Shown here: positions 59,073-64,000 of the stretch, in pieces | Layout of the letters: every line of letters starts with the position of its first letter | Position numbering within the stretch: the first letter of the stretch is position 1 | NCBI GenBank assembly: GCA_964526385.1 | Contig: CAZGJD010000004.1 | Coordinates: forward strand, 10,010 to 74,009 | Length of the DNA: 64,000 bases | Source of the DNA: an uncultured Candidatus Poseidoniales archaeon | GTDB lineage: Archaea > Thermoplasmatota > Poseidoniia > Poseidoniales > Poseidoniaceae | Reading direction: 5' to 3' | Translations under genes and position numbers: made by a program | Notes under the pieces: model-generated | The model's input: only the letters and a program-made list of their open reading frames with translations | Told to the model about the DNA's origin: nothing | Database searches by the model: none

Positions 59073-60050
59073 TCATTGAGATTCCCAAGGGTCTTCTGTT
59101 GTTCTCCAGGTGACTTCAGGTTCTTTCTCAGTGACCTCACTCTCAGCTTCTTCTGGTTCTGAATCAGTTGCTTGTTCAGTTTCCACAGGCGCCTCTACAG
59201 GAGCATCTCCACCAGATACGAAATCGGCAGCAGCCGCCCCTAACTCTGAGCCTTTGAGGTACTTGTTTCCGTCCATGTCATAAGCCTTAGCGAATTCAAT
59301 GAAAGCGTCTCTATCGGTGATGTCGTTCTTTTCCATGACACCCTGAAGAACTGGTTCTGACCAACTCCAATCATCATCTGATGATCCGTCTGCCTGAGTT
59401 GCGTCGCTTGAGTTCTCAGTTTCTTCTTTTTCTTTTTCATCAACTTCTTGTGCTTCTTCAAGAGTCATTTCTGCGGCTCTTGCCTCTACCATTTCTTCCA
59501 TTCTTTCAGCGATTGCTCGACCCATATGTTGCGATTGCCTCTCTGCTTCAGCAGCTGTCTCAATCATCTCATATCTTCTCTGAATTGCCTTGTTGAGGTC
59601 CTCGAATAATGACATATGTTCCATGTACCATGTGTCTCTTGTATTCAATTCGACTACCGCCAAACGCAAGTCGTTATCCAATTCTTCTGCGATAGAGAAT
59701 ACCTTGCCAAGTCTATCTTTCTCTCTGGCATATTTCTCTTCCATCTTCTGCAATTCAGGCTCAAGATGCTCGACTTGCTTGCCCGTTTTGCTGGCCTTCA
59801 TTTCGAGATCTCTGATTCTTGCATCTTTTTCATTGAGTAAGGCTTCAAGGCTTTCTTTTTCGATTTCTCTTTCGACTATTTCCTTTTCCAAAACTTCAAC
59901 TTCTGCTTTGGTGTCAAGTAATTCTTTCTCTTGTTGCTCGTATGCAGCATATAATTTCAATAAACGGTCGGTCTCTTCTTCAAGACGTTCTGTCAATTCT
60001 TTGATTTGTGATTCTGGAGTGATGGTTCCGGTTTCGGACATAATTCTCAC
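59073..60050 (-). CDS. acidic coiled-coil protein with C-terminal EF-hand-like loop
   Basis: Long heptad-like Glu/Lys/Leu region. The EF-like loop is DMDGNKYLKGSE, and the tail is very acidic. Confidence 0.55.
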   Translation of the reverse strand: MRIMSETGTITPESQIKELTERLEEETDRLLKLYAAYEQQEKELLDTKAEVEVLEKEIVEREIEKESLEALLNEKDARIRDLEMKASKTGKQVEHLEPELQKMEEKYAREKDRLGKVFSIAEELDNDLRLAVVELNTRDTWYMEHMSLFEDLNKAIQRRYEMIETAAEAERQSQHMGRAIAERMEEMVEARAAEMTLEEAQEVDEKEKEETENSSDATQADGSSDDDWSWSEPVLQGVMEKNDITDRDAFIEFAKAYDMDGNKYLKGSELGAAAADFVSGGDAPVEAPVETEQATDSEPEEAESEVTEKEPEVTWRTTEDPWESQ

Positions 60051-60139
60051 CTTAGGCTACGCCTAATTATTATCCACATTGGCCTTACATATCAAGCCGA
60101 CGCATGAACATGACATTTTTTCCCAAATATTTCAAGCAT

Positions 60140-61099
60140 TCAAATTCCATCAGTTGCATTCACTAATTCTCTTGCTATACTGACTTCTCCCATAGAATGC
60201 CCTGCATCAGGAACGATTATCAGTTCGCTGGTTTCCATGGATTTATGCAATTCCCAGGCGCTCTTAGTGGGGCATACAACATCATATCTTCCCTGGACAA
60301 TTGTGGTTGGAATGGATTTAACCTTCTCGATATTATTCAAAATATATGCTTCTTCGACAAAAATTGCATTGATAAAATAATGACATTCAATTCTGGCAAA
60401 AGCTACAGCGAAGTCCAAATCTTCAGCTTTGTCGAGATACTCTGGGTCAGGGAATAGCCTACTTGTAGCCATTTCCCACCTTGTCCATTCTCGTGCAGCA
60501 GCTCGTCTTGTATCTACATCATCACTCGTAAGACGAGAATAATAGGCTTTAATCAAGTTATTTTGCTCTTCGAGCGGAATGTGGTCACGATATGAGTCAA
60601 AAGCGTCAGGGAAAATGTGGCTTGCACCGTCTTGATAAAACCAATGAAGTTCACTTTTGCGACACATGAAAATTCCTCTCAACGTTAGACTTAGAACCCG
60701 CTCTGGATGATTTTGAGCATAGATCAAGGATAACGTTGAACCCCATGAACCGCCGAAAACGTGCCATTTATCAATACCGAAATTTTCTCTGAGTAATTCC
60801 ATGTCCGATACTGACGCTTGCGTATTATTATCTTTCAGTTCTGCATATGGAGTTGATTTCCCACAACCTCTCTGATCAAACTGTATGATGTCGAATTTAT
60901 CAGGATTGAAATATCTTCTGTAAGATGGCTGACTTCCTCCACCGGGACCGCCGTGGATTACTATTACTGGAATTCCTTTGGGATTTCCTGCTCTCTCCCA
61001 ATGAATCGTATGTAAGGATGAAACTTCCAAAAATCCGGTTGAATAAGCCTCAATTTTTGGATACAGCACGCTGTCGATTGAATCTGTTGAGATTTGCAT
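60140..61099 (-). CDS. pip: prolyl aminopeptidase (proline iminopeptidase)
   Basis: HGGPGGG, FDQRGCGKS, GGSWGSTL, RIECHYF. There is near full-length correspondence to bacterial Pip. Confidence 0.95.
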   Translation of the reverse strand: MQISTDSIDSVLYPKIEAYSTGFLEVSSLHTIHWERAGNPKGIPVIVIHGGPGGGSQPSYRRYFNPDKFDIIQFDQRGCGKSTPYAELKDNNTQASVSDMELLRENFGIDKWHVFGGSWGSTLSLIYAQNHPERVLSLTLRGIFMCRKSELHWFYQDGASHIFPDAFDSYRDHIPLEEQNNLIKAYYSRLTSDDVDTRRAAAREWTRWEMATSRLFPDPEYLDKAEDLDFAVAFARIECHYFINAIFVEEAYILNNIEKVKSIPTTIVQGRYDVVCPTKSAWELHKSMETSELIIVPDAGHSMGEVSIARELVNATDGI

Positions 61100-61177
61100 G
61101 TACCTCGCAAATATTCAAAGGACATGTTATTTTCTATTTTGGGAGATGTTTATCGACAAGGGTTTTTTCGGGAAAAC

Positions 61178-61798
61178 ATGGGCAAAAGGAAGGCCACTGA
61201 CGTGTTTTCAGATTGGGCTAAAATTGGTAAGGACGAAGGTATGGAAAGAGGCCATGGGCCATCGGTTTCAGCGATGCTCGACCTTGCCCTACCAAAACTC
61301 CGAGATGACTTTACAGCAATCGATATCGGTTGTGGAAATGGTTGGGTTGTAAGACTTCTTCACGACATAGGTGCTTCGCATGCGGAAGGGGTTGATGGAG
61401 CTGTTGAGATGATAAATAAAGCCAAAGAAATCGACCCTGAAGGACTTTATTCTCTTGCAACTCTTCCAGACTGGCAACCCGGAAAAAAATTTGATTTCGT
61501 TCATACGATGGAATTTTTATATTATCTGAACAAACCAGAAGACTTTCTCAAAATAGTAAAAGAAAACTGGATGAAAGAGGGAGGTATTTTTGTGGCTGGA
61601 GTTGACCATTATCTCGAAAATGAAGATTCTCTCACTTGGCCAGAACATGTAGGAGTACACATGACTACGTACTCAATAAACGAATGGAAGGACCATATGG
61701 TAAATGCTGGTTTTTCTGATGTTGAATTACACCAAGTCGCAAGTAGTGAGAAATTTGTTGGAACTTTAGTTATGCTTGGCCGAGTTGATGCCCTTTAG
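61178..61798 (+). CDS. class I SAM-dependent methyltransferase
   Basis: Motif I is AIDIGCGNGW. I prefer ATG 61178 (MGKRKATDVF...) over the ORF limit at 61094, which overlaps the divergent pip start. Confidence 0.7.
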   Translation: MGKRKATDVFSDWAKIGKDEGMERGHGPSVSAMLDLALPKLRDDFTAIDIGCGNGWVVRLLHDIGASHAEGVDGAVEMINKAKEIDPEGLYSLATLPDWQPGKKFDFVHTMEFLYYLNKPEDFLKIVKENWMKEGGIFVAGVDHYLENEDSLTWPEHVGVHMTTYSINEWKDHMVNAGFSDVELHQVASSEKFVGTLVMLGRVDAL

Positions 61799-64000
61799 GC
61801 CCACATAACTTGATGTTACCACTGAAGAAGGGGCATTGATTGCAAGTTTCAATCTCTTCGATAGGAAGCCTTTCTGGAGCATTAGAATCGGTGCTTGTCG
61901 CACTAATTTCTCCAATCCAAAGTATAAGTTCTTGCAAATCATTCATTGCGGATAGATATTCATCATCTCGCATTCTAATCATTCTACCTGATGCCGCAAC
62001 ATGAATGGCTGGAGGCAGGATTGTTCTTCTTTGGTTTAGGGGTTTAGTTGATTCAGATTCTTCAAGAGCCATGCAATAAAGAGCTAACTGTAATCTATGT
62101 TTTCTGAGGATTTCTTCTTCGGCAGGAGTCTCCGCATAGGGGCTATGTTCGTTTCTTGTCCTCTGTAATCTGTGTCCATTGTCAGGATCCTCAGAATTGA
62201 AATTTTCAAGACAGCCTGTCGTTTTCGAATCAACTACCTGTAACCACTTACTACCATCTTTGTTCTCAAGAGCCAGCACCAAATCTATTCTTCCGTTGAA
62301 TATAGTCTCTATCGTATTGATATCTGAGACTTTCAAGTCACCTTTAGGAGTCCATACATTCCTCGAAAGGCCTTCTGGTGAGTTTCTTATCGAGAGATAA
62401 AATGGTAATTCTGTTCTCAACCCTTCAACCTTGAATCCATCAAATTCTTTGCCGAGAGTCAGGAATCCGAGATTTCCATTCCTCGTAATTTCACCTAATT
62501 CATGTAACCTTTGTTTTGTATTTTCGAGTATTTGATGGTCCGTAATCGTGCTTTGAGCCAATACTTCGGAGAGAACTTTCTCGTCACTGAGTTTATCTTC
62601 CTGTTTAGATACCCATGTAGAATCTAAGTCACTGACTTCTGAACCAGGGTTTGCCAAGCCTATCTCAAGAAGACGATGGAATAACGAACCAAACTCAGTT
62701 GCTTTTGGCCAATTAGATCTCGCTTCGCTGGACGGAATGAAATCAAACCTCTCCGAGTTCCAATTTGAAACCGATGATAACCAATAACGTCTCCTGCATG
62801 ACCAAGCATTATCTAGCGAATGAGAAGCAAGTGGAAGTGTGAAATTACTATTTTGAACACTGTAATCCTCGGGCACCTCTTCCACGTTTTGAATTATTTC
62901 ATATCGTGCTTTCCACGTATCGACAATCGAAATTGTTTCTCCGATTTCAAAACATTCTGGCTGGTGGAAAATTGAAATTGATTGAACTGAATTTGAACTG
63001 AGGTATGAATTTTGATAAAGCGCCCCAGGATTTAGGGTTAAGGTGTTATTCGTTTGGTCAATACCCCCATTTGACCAAGGACAGCCCTCATTTCCAGCTT
63101 TTATGCTAGAATAAGCCAAACCATCTAGGAACATTGTACCCATCGTTTGTCGCCCATCGCCACGTCTAATCTCAACCGCTCCAGATGGGGCAGTCTTGGT
63201 CTTTTCAGGAATGCCTCCTGCGATTATCAACCTCTTTTCCGCTCTGGTTAATGAAACGTAAAATTGACGCCTTCTTTCAGCCAGTTGTTGACCATTGTCA
63301 AACATACTTGCAAGAGTCCATGAACCACTTTCGGGCTTTTCATCTCCTTTCCAAGGGTGTATTCGTCCTGCGACTATATTTGGAGTAACAAGGACATTAT
63401 CATTCGATGCAAATGAAGAATCCCTGGTGCCTGTTGAGAACAAGTCATACAGCACAACAATCGGTGATTCAAGACCCTTTGAACTGTGTATTGTCAAAAT
63501 CTCAACGGCCCCACTAGTGCTTGGAGAACTACTCTTTGGGCCATCAGTTCCAAGGTCGAACAGTCGCTTTAGCCTATTACTAATTATTGCGGGGTCGTCT
63601 CCAACGAGTTTAGAGATTTTATCATATAAATCCAGCCAATTTTCCACATCTTGTCTATCGCCTTCTTTAGGATAGAAATATAATAAATCGGAATAATCAA
63701 CAACCGTATCAATCGCTTTTCTGATATTTCCTTGCTCCGATAATTGTTTTACTTTGGTTAGAAGAATTCTGACACTTTCATTAGGACTGTTTTGAATTAA
63801 CAAATCTAGTTGATTTGCTTCATTATTTGAGATAAAGTTAGAAATCTCTTCATCGGTTAAACCCACAATAACAGAACGAGCAACTCCCAGAGATGCTACG
63901 CGATTGTACGGGTGGATAAGAAGTTCAAGCATTGCCATCATTGGTTTTATTACTGGTCTGTGCAAGAGCAATCCTTGTTTGTCTGCCATGGCAGGTACAC
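61770..64000 (-). CDS. UvrD/Rep-family helicase C-terminal half fused to a Cas4/AddB-type PD-(D/E)XK nuclease with a 4-Cys cluster (partial; N-terminus beyond the window)
   Basis: The frame is open to the window edge. Helicase motifs V/VI are TIHSSKGLE and YVSLTRAEKRLII. The nuclease motifs are GRIDLV...VVDSKT...QLALYCMALEE. The Cys residues are WSCRRRYW plus the C-terminal CNQCPFFSGNIKLCG. Confidence 0.75.
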   Translation of the reverse strand, partial: VPAMADKQGLLLHRPVIKPMMAMLELLIHPYNRVASLGVARSVIVGLTDEEISNFISNNEANQLDLLIQNSPNESVRILLTKVKQLSEQGNIRKAIDTVVDYSDLLYFYPKEGDRQDVENWLDLYDKISKLVGDDPAIISNRLKRLFDLGTDGPKSSSPSTSGAVEILTIHSSKGLESPIVVLYDLFSTGTRDSSFASNDNVLVTPNIVAGRIHPWKGDEKPESGSWTLASMFDNGQQLAERRRQFYVSLTRAEKRLIIAGGIPEKTKTAPSGAVEIRRGDGRQTMGTMFLDGLAYSSIKAGNEGCPWSNGGIDQTNNTLTLNPGALYQNSYLSSNSVQSISIFHQPECFEIGETISIVDTWKARYEIIQNVEEVPEDYSVQNSNFTLPLASHSLDNAWSCRRRYWLSSVSNWNSERFDFIPSSEARSNWPKATEFGSLFHRLLEIGLANPGSEVSDLDSTWVSKQEDKLSDEKVLSEVLAQSTITDHQILENTKQRLHELGEITRNGNLGFLTLGKEFDGFKVEGLRTELPFYLSIRNSPEGLSRNVWTPKGDLKVSDINTIETIFNGRIDLVLALENKDGSKWLQVVDSKTTGCLENFNSEDPDNGHRLQRTRNEHSPYAETPAEEEILRKHRLQLALYCMALEESESTKPLNQRRTILPPAIHVAASGRMIRMRDDEYLSAMNDLQELILWIGEISATSTDSNAPERLPIEEIETCNQCPFFSGNIKLCGPKGHQLGQA

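Noticed and set aside
58318-60066. Plus-strand ORFs of 253 aa and 158 aa (58318-59079, 59590-60066), plus shorter ones.
   Set aside because: They are Ser/Leu/Pro-rich antisense shadows of the well-supported psd and coiled-coil genes and have no motifs.

Overview
This looks like an archaeal chromosomal window. It carries RadA, FtsZ, an archaeal-type initiator tRNA-Met, a Fap7/AK6-like kinase, a RaSEA-like radical-SAM enzyme, and lipid enzymes of the CDP-alcohol phosphatidyltransferase and PS-decarboxylase types. Composition is AT-leaning and gene packing is very tight, with many 0-10 nt gaps or overlaps. Two giant membrane-anchored surface proteins and many bacterial-like metabolic genes (icd, maeB, pabC-pabBA, pip, MMPL) are present. 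That gene content fits a streamlined marine planktonic euryarchaeote (Marine Group II/III-like), but this is inference only; no database search was possible. I call about 53 protein genes and 1 tRNA. I saw no rRNA, CRISPR array, transposase or integrase. Most of the window is housekeeping. The stand-out is the leftmost 7.2 kb (143-7180), a seven-gene same-strand cassette with short overlaps or few-nt gaps at four of its six junctions and Shine-Dalgarno-like sites upstream of most of its starts. It combines a MoxR-type AAA+ ATPase, a vWA protein fused to an HExxH metallopeptidase module, a PPP-family (calcineurin-like) phosphatase and four orphan proteins, one of them a 594-aa solenoid/helical protein. 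It resembles known vWA-centred conflict systems (TerY-P, vWA-MoxR ternary systems) but matches none that I know, and it may continue upstream of the window. Secondary candidates are: a 1123-aa helical-repeat protein ending in a PIN nuclease; an 844-aa polytopic membrane protein fused to two EF-hands plus HhH and SAP modules; a truncated UvrD-helicase/Cas4-like Fe-S nuclease fusion at the right edge; a TerB-like gene pair; and a poly-Asp/poly-basic cytoplasmic tail encoded 4 nt upstream of a Ca2+/H+ antiporter gene. All functional calls rest on motifs read by eye from the translations. Start codons are often uncertain, and composition statements are qualitative.
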